DNA of 50,768 bases, the filler included, from Basidioascus undulatus (taxonomy: Eukaryota): NCBI GenBank assembly GCA_000826855.1. It is 3 parts of 3 records of this genome, joined end to end, with 100 filler letters (N's around TTAATTAATTAA, not from the genome) between each part and the next. Parts side by side here need not be neighbours in the genome. Positions count along the whole stretch, not along the records: positions 16,983 to 33,828 come from JTLS01000560.1; positions 33,929 to 50,768 come from JTLS01000561.1; 1 more part is not named here. One strand, written 5' to 3'. Each line of letters starts with the position of its first letter. Position 1 is the first letter of the stretch. A program made the position numbers and the translations under genes. This document shows positions 26,625-40,600 of the stretch, one piece after another. Below the pieces are notes generated by a model, which saw only the letters and a list, made by a program, of their open reading frames with translations, did no database searches and was not told where the DNA came from.

Positions 26625-29600
26625 GTGCGTCAGGCGCTCTTGCACCAACGATTGCGAGCGCTGACCGCGTCCTGTCTTGCCCTCTTCCTCGACCTCCCTT
26701 CGTTTATTTGGACATACAGGGGCTGCTCGGTCCAGCTCGCTCCTCAAGAGGCGTCTGCTTCTCGCCGGCGTTGCACACTTTCCACCCTTACGACCCCGCT
26801 CAACGCGTCGGCAGCAGCTCGCCCGCGCTTGGCGCAGCGCCGAGCGCCGTCAAGCGCGCGAAGAGCATTCTCAAGAACATCGCCGAGCCCAGCATCGTCG
26901 GGCGCGATTGGGAGGAGGGAACCCGCTTCAACGCCCGCGCAGGTCGGCCAGACGACAACCACGCGTCGGGCAATGGGGGACGGCGAGTGAGCGGCGCGAG
27001 CGGCATGCCCGGACAGGCGAAGAGTGGCCCGTCGACGGAGGCGGGAACGATCTCCGACCTCGCCGACCCGCTGAAGGTGCTCGTCACGTCGCTCTCCTCG
27101 CTCGTCGCGCCCGACATCCAGGACATCGAGGAGGCGTACGTCACGCTCGCAGTGAACGTCAAGAACCAGTTCCTTCTAGCTCCAACCCCGTCGTCGGGCA
27201 TATCTGCCACCTCCGCCATCATACTCAAGACTCACGCCTCCGATCTCGCACGCTGCATCCAGCGTGACGTCCATCGCATTCTCGCTGCCCGGTCTCAGCC
27301 AGCTAGCTCGCCGACGCCGACGCCGATGCCAACGCGGTCACCAAGGCCGACAGAGTCTCGCGACCCTCTCGGCCAGGAGCTCAGCAAGCGCGGCGCCACG
27401 AGCGCGCCCGCTGCGCCGCCGCCGGGGACCACAGCAGAAGAGGTCAAGAAGCGCAAGAGCGAGATTGCGGCGGGCATGGCGGCGCTCAGAGTGCTGGGCA
27501 TCATTTGGTTCTTAGAAGCGCCTGGGGAAGGGAGACAGGGTATCCGACTCTTTTCCGGTCAGTCAACCACGTTCCATGCCCGACAAGGCCGTCGTATCTA
27601 ATCTTCTGCTCAAATGGCAGACGATCACTCCCTTTCACTCATATCCACTATCCTCGACGCTCACGCGAACCCTTCCCTTCCGCTACACCCCTCCTCGATT
27701 AAGCGCCTACACGCTCTGACACTCTGGGCTCTCTCCTCCTCTCGCCTTCCTCACGCGCTTTACACACCTTCGGCAGACCGCATCGCCGCCGCCGTCTCGC
27801 GCGCTTTTTCCTCCCAGCATGGATCGGTCCGTGCCGAAGCCGCGGCGCTGATCGGCGTCCTCCTTCGGCGCGACGCTGAGGATGGCACTGGAGTATGGGT
27901 CGAGCGATGGACAGGCTTTCTTCGACCTGTCGTGCGAGCCACGTACGACCCGGCGATCGGCGTACGCGGCAAAGCCGTGGGCGCTCTCGGCGCTCTCGTC
28001 AAGGCTGGCCTTCAGTGGGCGGACGGAGATCTCGAGCGCGGCAGAACGATCGACAGGATGGGCGAGACTGTCGTGGTATGTGGTCGCGTTTAGCTGAAGC
28101 GGAATGTGGGCTGAGGTGAATTATTGCAGAGCATGCTGCGAAGGCGGAGAGCGGGGGCGGCGGGGAAGGAGATCGACAATCTCGATGCGGCTTGGAAAGG
28201 TGTCCTTGATACTTCAAGTACGTCCTTCCGATACTTGCTTTAAACTGCCCGAGATTAATGGCTGGCACGTCGTGCAGGTCCCTACATCATTTCGTCGTGG
28301 GCGGTTTTGATCGCGATCATTGGCCGCTCGATCAGCTCGATGGAGGATATTGGCGTTCTTCTCAAAGCTATGGAGGTATGTCTTGTCCCTCTTCATGGTC
28401 TTCACTCGGCCGGCCGATGGTCCTGATTACGCTCGCTCCCCAAGGCATGCCTCCGACATAATCATCCGGCCGCTCGCGCGCTGATCTCCCTCGCCTGGTC
28501 GCACCTGACCTTTGCCTTCCTCTGCGTACGCGTTCCCGGCGCGCACGCTCCCGACGCGCCTTACGTGCTCCGGCCAAAACGCCTGAAACTCATGGCGCAG
28601 ATCGTCGGGTGCATGATGGCGCAAATCGACGAGCCGCGGCTGGACGAGTCGACAGGGAGATGGAGCCAGCGGACAGCCCCGCAGGCAAGCCTTCTCGCAA
28701 GCCTCGCGAGGGCAATCATCAGCCTCATCTACGCGTTCTCCGGCGCTGCGCTCGCTGCCTGTGCGGAGGGGGGCGCTGCGCACGTACGGACGACCGCGTC
28801 GTCGCCCGCCGTCCTGGATGCAGTTCCGCCCAACGTTCCGGATTCTGATGTGGACGCCCTTGGCCGCACTCGCTCAGCCGCAGCGGTCCTCGTCCCCGCA
28901 TCCCCTTCACCTTCTTCGTCCGACCCACCGCCGCCGCCGCACCTGACGACACTCGACACGGTCTTCGACTCGGTCGTCATGCCTCACCTCCCCTATCTTC
29001 TCCGCATCAATTCCGCCGACTCTGTCAAAGCCGATGGCTGGACGGCGCTCGCGTCGATTCTCTCTCCCACCGCCGAGAACGCCTGGCGTCTTGACCGCAT
29101 CCTCTGCCCCGACTACCTGAACGGCAAGTTCGCCAACCCTCCGTTCGCAGCGCCGTGGTCCACCCCGGATAGCGTGCGATCACTCCACGAAGCTGTCGAG
29201 GCGTCTGCGGCCACCGCCGTTGGCGCGGCGGAGCTGCCGCCATGGGGGACGGAGTGGGTGCTTCGGCGGTTCGGGGATTGCTTGAAGCTCGTTCGTGAAG
29301 CTTTGGAAGGGCTGCGCGGCCTGACTTCCACGGAGGGCGAGTGGGAGAAGGATGTCGGCGGAGGATTGCTCCTTCCGGTAAGAGCTCGACGTCGACTACC
29401 TTCAAATGATCTGCTGCGACTAACGCGCCCGTTGCCGTCACTAGTCCCCCGTTTCCAACGCCTTCCGCTCCCTCCTCGTCCACCTGTCCTCTCGGCCGTC
29501 CTCGACTCATCTTTCATCCCTCACCTCCTTCTTCCTATCCTACCTCCACGCCGACGCGTCCACCTTCCTTGCGCCAGAGCAAGCGCGGAAACTCGGTCCA

Positions 29601-32345
29601 GCTCAGATCGAGACAGCGCATCTCGGCATTCTCGCGCACCTCGTCGATGTCGCGCAGGACGTGCTGGGGCCGGCGACGTTGGCGACGGTGAAGATCGATG
29701 TCGACGGCAAGACCGAGAACTCCGTGGTCGCCGCCTTCCTAGACGCCACGCTCCGTTACGCATCCTCGCTCCCCGTCGAGCTGTTTGCGTGCAACACCGG
29801 CGGCGCCGGCGGTGCGGACGGCGCACGCAGCGGGAGCGTATCGACAACGCTTTCGCGCCTGGCAGCCCGCCTGCTGCGACTGAGCATGGTGGGCAACGAG
29901 GGTGTCGCGCTCCTGGCCGACGTCTCGAAATGGCTGAGCCGAGCGCTACCCCAGTCCGAGCTGGAAGGTCTGCACGCACAGATCTGGAACGCCGCCGGTA
30001 TGGACATTCACTGTGCTCCACAGCGATGTCGCGCACTGACATGACTTCTTCGCAGCGTCCGAGTGGATCGAGCGCCTGTCGCTGGGCCTCCCGCAGCCAG
30101 CGGCGACATCCGAAAGCTCGCGGAGGCTCGAGCTCCTCCAGGAGCTGCTCAGTGTCCCGCTTCGGCGGCCATCGACGCCGCCGGACAAGGATACGCTGGC
30201 GCTCTGGGAGCTCCTCCTGAACCGTTCGGTCACGCTGGCTGCCGACAAGCGTCTCAACCCGACTTCGGAAGTTCTCGAGCCAGTCGCGAAGGCCATGCTC
30301 CTGAACGAGTCGCTTGAGCAACATTCGACGTAAGAGCTGACGATTTGATCGGTTCCTTTTCTTTCTCACATGGAGGCTGTCGCAACAGCAACGGCAAGAC
30401 CATTGCGTACTACCTCGCGCTCCTCCTTCCGCACGTCGAGATCAGCACGGTCAGCACGGTCGCGAACGACGAGCACCTGCAGGAGCAGCTCCCACGCGAG
30501 CTCTTGGCCAAAGTCGGCCAGACGCTGGACGGCCTTTACGCGATGCGTCTCCCCGCGCCCGCGGTCGAACTGCTCGGGGCTGTGGCCACCTTGCTGCAGC
30601 GGCAGGTTCCGAGTTCGCTCCAGCTCGCCGCTTTGCACGAGCTTGAGGTCGGCGTGGCCCGCTGGTTGCGAGACGAGGAGGCGTTGCTATCCCGCGAACA
30701 GTTCGATGTTGTATGACTGCTCTTGTGTCGTGATTGCTCCGCCTATGCTGAACTCTAGTTCTCTCCGCAGGTGGTGTCTTTCTTCGAGCAAACTCTCGAA
30801 CGGCTCACCCACTCGTTCGCTCCCGACACCGCTACGCTGGAGCGGCTTTCCGACTTCATCGTCGCCGGCTGCGCCCGCGTGGATCCCGACCTGGGCGCGG
30901 ACGGCCTACGCAGCGTTCGTGCGTTCACGAAGTTCTGGCAAGCGACATACGCGCGCGCCGAGAACGTTGAGTACCCGGAGGCGGTCGCGCGACTCCTCCG
31001 CGAGATACTGCATCACGACTCGTCGCTCGTCAATGCACCGGCGCTAGTCATGGCGAGTCGACATGACAAACTCTTTGCTGGGCCACCGTACTGATCACGC
31101 CCGAATTTGGGAGCAGGACACTCAAGATTCGCTTTACAACCCCCATCACGAGCCGAGCACGCCAGATGATGCGTCGTCTCGCGTGTCCTGCGCGTCGGGC
31201 AAGAAGGCTCGCAAGAACAAGCGGAAGCAGAGTGCAGCCGCTGCAACGGTGGAGACGGGCACGGCAACCACGTCGCTTCACGCGGCGCCGGAGGAGTCGA
31301 TGCAGGTGGATGCAGCGGAGCAGGGCAAGGGCAAGACGAAGAAAAGACGCAAGTCGGGGGGAGTTGGTACGCTGCTTTGCTTCTCCGCCAGTCTTCATTT
31401 TCTCAAAAATTGAGGAAACAGGGTCTCGCCAGAAGCGCAGGACGACCAAGTCGAACGGCGCTGGAGCGGACATGCCGCGCGAGGAGAACGACGACGATAT
31501 CGACGACCGTCTTGTTGTCGAGTCCCAGCTCAGTCAGACCACGCCCGAGCACGAGCTCGCGTGCGACGATCAAACACGCGCCGGCTCCGTCAGGAGCACG
31601 CCGCAGCACGACTCGTCCGAGCGAGCGCCAGAGGCGCACCTCAGCAATTCGGTGCTAGGCCTGGTCGGGCGGGCAGCGGTCGGCTTCGGCGCGTTGCTCA
31701 GCCCTCGCAGGTCGCGCAGTGCAGCGCACGAGTCCTCAATGTCGCCGGCACTCAAGCTTGATGCACCGACATTTTCCGGCCGCGAGTGCAGTCAGTCCGC
31801 GCTCACTTTCTTTGCGCTGGTGATTGGCTAACTCAGCCTTTACTCGACAGTGCGAACCTCCTCGTCACCCTCTCTTGGCGCTCCGCTCGCTTCCGGCAGT
31901 CAGCGGATCTCGTCGCCCGTCGACTTGCCTGATCTCGCCCCGTCTCAAGCCGCCACAGCATCCAAGCGGGTCAAGCGGTCATTGCGGGGGGCCGAGCTGC
32001 CTTACAGCGGTCGGTTGTCTTCCTGGAGTTACCTATGTCATGGCTGATGAGTATACTCCTTCAGACGATCTCGCTGGTGAGGAGCCTTCGAGCCCAGCGG
32101 ACGAAGCTCTCAAGCGCCGCTCGCAGTGTCCAACACCCGGCCAACGTCCTCCCACCAGCGCGGCGACCAGGCTCCCTGCCAAGACCGACTCCTCCTCTCT
32201 CCTTCTTGACGCGATCCGTTCTTTCGAAGATAAGAAGCGCTCCGGCTCACTTACGCCGCGACAGCTACTCAGGTTACAGCGGCAGTTGCAGTGGCTTCAA
32301 GCGGAGGTATCGGAAGAGCTGGAAGGCTTGCTGTCGGGGGAGTAG
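26298..32345 (+). CDS. RIF1: Rif1 telomere/replication-timing regulator (HEAT-repeat Rif1_N, PP1-docking motifs); true start uncertain, possibly fused to the upstream SRP54-like domain
   Basis: RGVCFSP (RVxF-type, 26747-26767) then KSILK (26861-26875), the fungal Rif1 order. Long helical-repeat exons, a disordered basic/acidic region and a short helical C-terminus follow. Stop at 32343-32345. Confidence 0.75.
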
Positions 32346-32639
32346 TAGCTTGGGAGGACATCTAGTTATCTGCAATTTCTTACATTTCATGTTCCATTTC
32401 ACTGTACTGTCATCACCTGATTCGGTCCGTGCATCCTCTTTCTCACACATTGAGCACATTTTCGGATGTTGATGGACCAGCCTGCTGCTCACACTTTTTG
32501 GGAAACGGACCGCTTTCTAGCAGTGTTTTGTTCATTGCAGCCTTGACTTGTTTGCAGCGCGGCCGTGGAAGTTGACCAGTACCCGCGCATACCCGCATAC
32601 TGAACAGATGGGATCTGCGTGAGTCTACCTGAGTTGGAA

Positions 32640-33828
32640 CTCAGACCTTTTGAAAAAAAGGGATATGTATAGTTGAGGATCTATCCTTTAATTTGTTGCC
32701 TGGATTTGAATAGTTCAGGTTGCAGTGCAAGCCTGCCTGTGTGGACCAGAATTATGTCGTAAGTGTGAAACAAATTCAGAATATTACTGAAATGATCCTC
32801 ATCTTCACTTTCTCACAAGCTGTGGGGGTTGACAAGAGCATGGAGTCCACTGGATGCCGTACAAAGCCACCTCATGGTGGTTTCTGTTTTGTGTCCGTGT
32901 GCAGAAGTACATCAACATTTGGCACCTCAATCCTTTATGTCTCGGGACTGTTAGTGCCCTCATCTCCAATATTGTCACCTGTTCAAATGGCCAGCCATCC
33001 ATCACAGTGTGACTGGGTACTCACACCATCTCCAAATGGGCATTTGATTGTGCTGCCTGTTCTGCAGTGACATGCCCTGCAGTGACCCCTGGAGGGGGTA
33101 TATCTTTGCCAGCATGTCCAGTCACAGTGTTCTCATGTGATGAAGAGAAACACTGACCAAAGGATGAGCCAGGGAATCAAGCTTCCAGCTGCCTAATAAA
33201 GCTGGATCAACAGGGGGCACCCAAACTAGTGCCCCTTCTCTACCCCAGTGGACATGCAGGAAAGAGGTGTTGTTGGAGGTCTCTGGATTGTTGTGGGATG
33301 AAGAAGTGAAGGCAAGGATGGGTAGGAGGGATGTTGGTTGATTGGGAAGTTGGTGGAAGGTGAGGAGTTCACAGGTGAACTCTGACCATTTGGGTAGGTG
33401 ATTCCACAGTGGCAGGTGCCTCCTCGCAGAATGATAGATGTTTTTGAAGTAGATGTTGCAATCCAGATGATGTGATGGTTAAGTGGGTTGTAGAGTCAGA
33501 ACACCTTGGACTGTATTAATCAACAAAGGCGCACTTCCTGTGAGGGATGAGTTTTTGGCATGGTTTTGTCACAACATGCCTCTGGCAGCCATTCAATGCG
33601 AGGCAGTCCCAGGTGCAGAGGTGCATGATGTGCAGTGCCTGACTGCTCCAGACACCCTCAGGCATGCTGCCCTTGAGCACCTTGTGCAGCAAGCAGTTCT
33701 TGACATGGACAAATGCACTGCATGAGCCTCGTGCAGAGTGAGAGAGTGTCAAGAATCCGACTGGGCAGGGCAGACCACAGCGGGGGCTACCAGCTGACAG
33801 GGCTTTATGGTGGCAGGGATAGATTATG
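32640..33828 (-). mobile_element. Degenerate Ty1/copia LTR-retrotransposon relic (integrase C-terminal region at about 33440-33716), CpG-depleted
   Basis: Minus strand reads VKNCLLHKVLKGSMPEGVWSSQALHIMHLCTWDCLA...KCAFVD*...KVF*LYNP, matching the copia pattern KNRLPHxALxGxTPxExWxGxxPxxxHLRxWGCLA...KCxFxGY...KxYRLYDP. Stops and frameshifts are present and boundaries are approximate. Confidence 0.75.
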
Positions 33829-33928
33829 NNNNNNNNNNNNNNNNNNNNNNNNNNNNNNNNNNNNNNNNNNNNTTAATTAATTAANNNNNNNNNNNNNNNN
33901 NNNNNNNNNNNNNNNNNNNNNNNNNNNN
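33829..33928. other. Artificial contig linker (44 N + TTAATTAATTAA + 44 N)
   Basis: Identical structure to 16883-16982. Confidence 0.97.
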
Positions 33929-34675
<747 letters not shown>

Positions 34676-36440
34676 TGTGTACGATTTCGACAGTGATTTG
34701 TGTAGGTGCGTTGAGGGACGGAGCGAAGAAGGCGGAGATGGAAGACGGGTCTGTGGAGCACGTGATAGTGATTGTGGGAAGTTGATCAGCACACACTTTG
34801 GGCACACGAGCGAGCAGATTGGAGATTCTAACTACACGCCTGACTGCAGATTGCCATTCCGGTGAAGATCGACGTGCGCAAGACGTAACCGAGGCGTGAG
34901 GCTCTCCATCGCGAGGCTCCCCATCATCACACCCACCCGGATCCCACCCCAGTCCATTCCAGCCGAACACGCACCCTCGCCCATGCCATGGCCGACCTAC
35001 ACCGCATGCGATGCACATCCCCCATCCTATTTCTTCTCCCACCGAGGTCCCGCATCATCCCCATCTGCCCGTCCGCCCGGCGCCTCTCGTCCGCCCATCC
35101 CAGCCCCATACTCGCACGGCCCACCAGTCACCCGGAGCCTCAGCTCGATTGACAGGCTCACCTCTCCAGATTAAGCGCTCAATCCGCCTCAACAACAAGC
35201 CCTACGTTTGAGTATCAATCGTATTGTGTCGTCTGAACCACCTCGCCGAGTCTCGGCCTGGCGTCAGTCGACGGCGGCGGGACGGATGCAACTGCTTTTT
35301 GTTCTCGTGACGTTGCAGCTGGTCCTCCTGTCGCTCGCTCACGTATCGCTCGAAGTTCGACCAGATATAGCGTGATTGAGGAGTTGTAGAGCGGTGTCGA
35401 TTGAGATAAAAGCGTATGATGTGATGTGAGGTGATCAGTTTGAGGTGAGTTGTCGACTCGGGACCCGAAAGCGGGCAAGTCGGACGGTGAGCGTTGAGGA
35501 GAGCTCGGGAAGCTGGCCGAACTCGAGTCTGCCTTGCGACGCCGGCGTGTGCGCCAAAATAAAGTGTTTTGTCTTGCTTTTGAAAGTTTACAAAACCAGT
35601 CTTGTAAACACATTTACTACTGCAACGTAACGAAAAACACAGTGCCCATGCCACTTGGCAGGGCAATGCACTAACTATGCTCAGGACGATTCCCTGCTCC
35701 AAGAACGCTGCCCGCGAATATTTCTTGCCGACGCGCGATCCGCATGCATCAGAAATGGTCAATGCTAACTGATTTCCATTTACAATAAACAGATTTTGGG
35801 TGAGTTAGTATAATATGAGCCTCTTCTGTCGGACCGCTGGTGGCAGTGCTGCTGCAACTTTCCAAGTCGTGTCCGTCGCCCATGTTCGAGTGACAGACAG
35901 TAATGAGCCTTGCTGACCGGGTCCACGGTTGTACATTGTTTCATAAAGTGGAGTAAAATAACTTGGACTAGAGCTAGGTCACTGTAGAAGTAAACCAACA
36001 AAGTGCTGACTCTCGATCGCCGCTCGACCTTTGCTGTGGCAGCGCATTGCCCGACCATGTATAGCCACTCTGCCATCTTCAGGAGAGGATGATCTTGAAC
36101 TTCGACTTGCTCCTCTTCAAGAGAAAGACGCTGTGCGCATGCTCGAGGGTTTTGAGAGTCGCGACGAAGGGAGCACAGCGTGTCCACCTGCCTTTCTCCA
36201 AATCCCTCTCCTTGCGCTCGCTGGGATTCAACACCCCATTCCATCCCCAGTTTATTCAAATAGAGCGCGACTCTACAGAAGTAACTACGGCGTAAAGCGT
36301 CACTCTACCAAGGGTGCGCAGCGTGAGCACTTTCACTTCTCCCTCTCTTTCACTCGGCCGGCAGCAGCATTGCATCCCGTATCCCTCAGCAATTTTTTGT
36401 TGGAAAACCCATGCTGGCATTCTCCTCGTCCTCACCCCCC

Positions 36441-37063
36441 TCAGAAATCCCGGAGCTTCCGCTGCCCAACATAAAACGCCTTGCCAAACGTCGGGGAGGA
36501 GAACGTGATCGTCGAGCCCGCCTCGATGTAGACGACGTCGCCGGGGGTGCCCTGCTCTCCACACCACAATTAGCCTACCCGCCTGTGGATAAGATCAAAA
36601 GAGGATAAAGGGAAGGGGTAAGAAGAAAACTCAGACGCACCTTCAAAACGTTCCCGGACTCGTCCTGCAGCCAGAGCTCGCCCTCGAGAATGATCTTGTG
36701 CTCGTGGTACTGTTGTATGCCAATACCACCACAATAAACAATCTTAATGTATCGTATCCGGAGGTGAATGGGGCGGGAGGAATAAGCGTACCTTGTAAGT
36801 GTACACGAACGGCTCGTCCGCCTTCTCGACGGTGAAGATCCCGCTCGACATGGGTGCGGCCTCGTCCTTCGTCACATAGATGTCGTCTGTTTTTCCCCAC
36901 CCATTATCTTCCTCGTAAGCCTTGTTATTCGTCCACTCTGAGGAAGTTTTTCGGGAAGGTGAGGCATGAAAGGGAGCGCACCGATCGCGGACCCCTTCCC
37001 GAGGTCGATGAGCTTCGTCACGGCGGGGACGGCCTGCGCGTTCTTGGTGAAGGTGATAGGCAT
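36441..37063 (-). CDS. Small cupin, EutQ (ethanolamine utilisation)-like, 4 exons
   Basis: Spliced product contains [11 protein letters not shown]...[16 protein letters not shown]...[17 protein letters not shown]...KAFYVGQR, the EutQ/cupin_3 pattern. Confidence 0.8.
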
Positions 37064-37672
37064 GATGAGAGGCGGTTTGGTATGAAAAGTGTGTGGGTTG
37101 TTTTTGGTTGGATAATGTAGAACGAACACAGGAAACGGTCGGTTGAGAAGGTGAAAAAGCTCGCTGGCCCAGCAGCGCTTTTATTCTCCTCGCAGGAGCT
37201 CCGCCGTCCTATCGTGTCCGCACCCCGCAACATCTCTGTTCAGGCTTGACTCAGAAATTACTGAATCATCCCCAGTCCACAAACCCGCGACAGCCGTGCA
37301 TTGAACCAGAACCACCACCCACCGGAAGGCGCGCGGGTAACGTAACAGCAGACTGGCAGCGGGGGCGCGCTATCTCAATGACGCCCCCGAACTTTACGTA
37401 CAACGAATCAGCTGCCGGCTCTGTCCATCTCCACCTTGCAGTAACCGTTGACTTCCGCTCGTTGTCCGGCATACACTGCATAGATACGCTCAGCGTGTAG
37501 GGCTCACCCGCGCGGAAGGTTACCTCCAGCCGAGCCGGCGAAGCGGCGGTTCTCCCCAGGGTATTTGAACCGCTGACCCCGGCATCTTCTTCCTTCCTTC
37601 GTCCTTTCGCCAACATCACTGATACGAATCAATCATACCTCACTTCGCTTTGAACAGTACATCAATCGCACA

Positions 37673-40600
37673 ATGTCCACCACCGTTTCGACCGCCATCC
37701 CCGCGCACATCTCGCCCCTCGCGCAGTCCGGGCCCGCGCACTTCCACCCGCTCGACCCGCTCACGCCTGCAGAGGCAAATCTTGCCGCGCGAGAATACGC
37801 AATACTGGAAACCACTCTAATCTGCACTTTTATCCGCCCCTTGACAGATCACCCTCGCGAGCGACATCGTTCGCAGGCACGTTGCCGAGAACACGCCGAT
37901 CAAGGCGCTCAAGTTCGTCGCGTCCTTCACTGTCGAGCCGCCCAAACTAGATGGTACGCTTCCTGTCCTTCTTTATTCCCTCCACCATGCGCTGAAGACT
38001 CTGTGCAGTCCTCGCCTTCCTTGGAATTCCCACCGCACCCGGTGCGGCGCCGGCACCCAAGCCCGCGAAGCTCGACCGCAAGGCGGAGGTGCACTATATT
38101 GGTCTGGTGGAAGGGTGAGTTTGGCAAGCAGAGATTTAAAAGAAAGCATTGAAAGAGGCTGATAGGAAGGTGACGGAATAAAATTACAGAACCGCCTTCA
38201 CTTCAACTGTCCTCCTCTCCTCGCCCACCTCTGGTTCTGTTTTGGAGACGACCCAGCTCCCCGAGGGCACCCAGCCTGCCCTGACGATCGAGGAGCTCGT
38301 GGTCGCTGAGGAGGCGCTGCGGAAGCACCCGGAGGTGGTGAAGCTCGCGCGCGAAGTTGGTACGTTTTCCTCCCTTCCTTCCTTCCTTCCTTCCCTTTTC
38401 TCGCACAGCATCCTCATCATCCTCCCGGTTCCAGGTGTTGACGCGCACCAGCTCTACGCGGACGGGTGGTCGATCGGGTACGACGACCGGTTCCCGTCCT
38501 CGCTGCGCGTGCAGCAGTGCCTGCTCTACGCGCGCTTCGGCCCGGACGACAACCAGTACGCGCACCCGATGGATTTCTTCCCTGTCCTTAACTCGAACAC
38601 GTACGAGGTCCTCGCGATCGATTTTGCCGCGCACCGCACCACCCCCAAAGGCGCCCTGTCTTCGTCGTCCACCCGCCCAGCGGCGCTCGGCGAGGATGGC
38701 TTGAAGCAGAGCGGGCGTGAACGCATCCCCCCGCCGTTGGAGCCGTTCGGTGCGTTCTTTCTAAGTTTTCTTCAATGGATTAGAGCATAATTTTTCTTGC
38801 GTCTGGGCTGGAAAATTGTGATAGACTATCTGCCCGACCTCATGGCGCAGAAGAAGACCGGCACCGGCGCCGGGTGGAAAGAACGCGACGACCTCAAGCC
38901 GCTCAACATCACCCAGCCGGAGGGGGTGTCATTCACGATGGAGGGCAACCAGATCTCTTGGCAGAAGTGGAAGCTCCACATCGGGTATGTCTCCACTCCT
39001 CACTTCCCTTCCTGGGCACTCGTGCATCTCACTCGCCCACCAGATTCCACTACCGCGAGGGGATTGTCCTTTCCACCGTAACAGTACGCTCTCCTCTAAG
39101 AAATTTCATGTTTGGTTCAAAACGCTCTGCTAAGGCGAATACGTGTTGGGGGAACACAGTACAACGACGATGGCAATGTCCGTCCTGTTTTCTACCGCAT
39201 GGGGCTCGCGGAGATGGTTGTTCCTTACGGTGAGCCTCAGCGATAGATCTGAAGTCTGAGGCACGCAGCTTGAACAGTCGTTCCCGGTGGAAACAATGTG
39301 CAGGCGCGCCCGAGTACCCGCACCCCCGCAAGTTCGCATTCGACGTTGGCGAATACGGGTTGGGCGTGCTTGCGAACGAGTTGTCGCTCGGTTGCGACTG
39401 CAAGGGTGTCATCCAGTTTGTCATTTCTGTTCCTTCAACCTTTAAGCGGGGAAATAGGGCAGTGCTTAACCTATAGACTCGCATGAACAGTTACCTTCCT
39501 GGCGCTTTTGTTGGGCACGACGGAAAGCCGACCATTGTGAAGCAGGCCATCTGCATTCATGAGGAGGACGCCGGACTGTTGTACAAGGTGCGTGCTCGTC
39601 CTTTCACAGCTCCTCCGTTGGAGGCTCTGAAATCAATCATCTGGTACCATAGCACGCCGACTACCGTCCCGGCGGTCGTGCGGTCTCGGTCCGCAGCCGC
39701 AAGCTCGTCATTTCGCAGATCTGCACTGTGAGTTTCAGGCGCTGCATCCGTGCGGGCTGCGACTGACTTTTGTACGGCTGCGCTAGGTTGCGAACTACGA
39801 GTATGCGATCTACTGGAGTGCGCAAACCCGTCGTTTAGCTACTCCTTGCGCGTTGTTGTTTTCTGACACGCAGACACTGTAGACTTCTACCAGGACGGGA
39901 ACGTGGAGCTCGAGATCCGTCTGACGGGAATCCTGAACCTCTACGTGCGTCCCATATTGTTCGGGCTTTTTTGTCCTACCTAAAATGCACCACTAACCTA
40001 CCCCCGTCCCCGCACCCCTCCAACGCAGGTCCTCGGCCAGGGCGAGAAGCCGAACGGCTTTGGCACGGAAGTCGCGCCCCGCATCAACGCACACTACCAC
40101 CAACACCTCTTCTCCCTGCGCGTGGACCCCATGATCGACGGTGTGCGCAACACGATCGTCGAGACGGACGTGGTGCCTGTCGAGGCGCCCACCGGCTCCG
40201 CCGAGAACTTCGCTGGCAACGCCTTCACGACGCGCAAGACCGTCTTGAGCACGACTGCGCAGGGTGCGCGGGAGTTCGACGGACACCGCATCTGGAGCAT
40301 TGTAAATGAGAACAAGCTCCATTATGCGTCGGGCCAGCCGATCGGGTACGTTATTCCGCATCGAACCCCTTGCTCCTATTTCCGTCCGCTGGCGGCACAG
40401 TCGATACTCACGGTTTGGCTTGTGTTCACAGGTACAAGGTGATGTGCAAGGACATGCCCCCTCTGCTTGCGAAGCCCGACTCGTGGGTGGCTACCCGCGC
40501 TCCGTTCGCGACCAAACAGCTGTGGGTTGCGCCGTCGAAGCCGGACCAGCTCTGTGCGGCTCAATTTTTTCTCCCAGCTTCACCACTTCCTTCCTGGCTG

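Noticed and set aside
35200..36300. ORFs 35202-35762 and 35780-36259
   Set aside because: Atypical composition with no domain or splice support; treated as intergenic.
37064..37672. GATA (nitrogen-regulation) sites in the cupin/amine oxidase promoter
   Set aside because: Only scattered single cores, not clearly above background.
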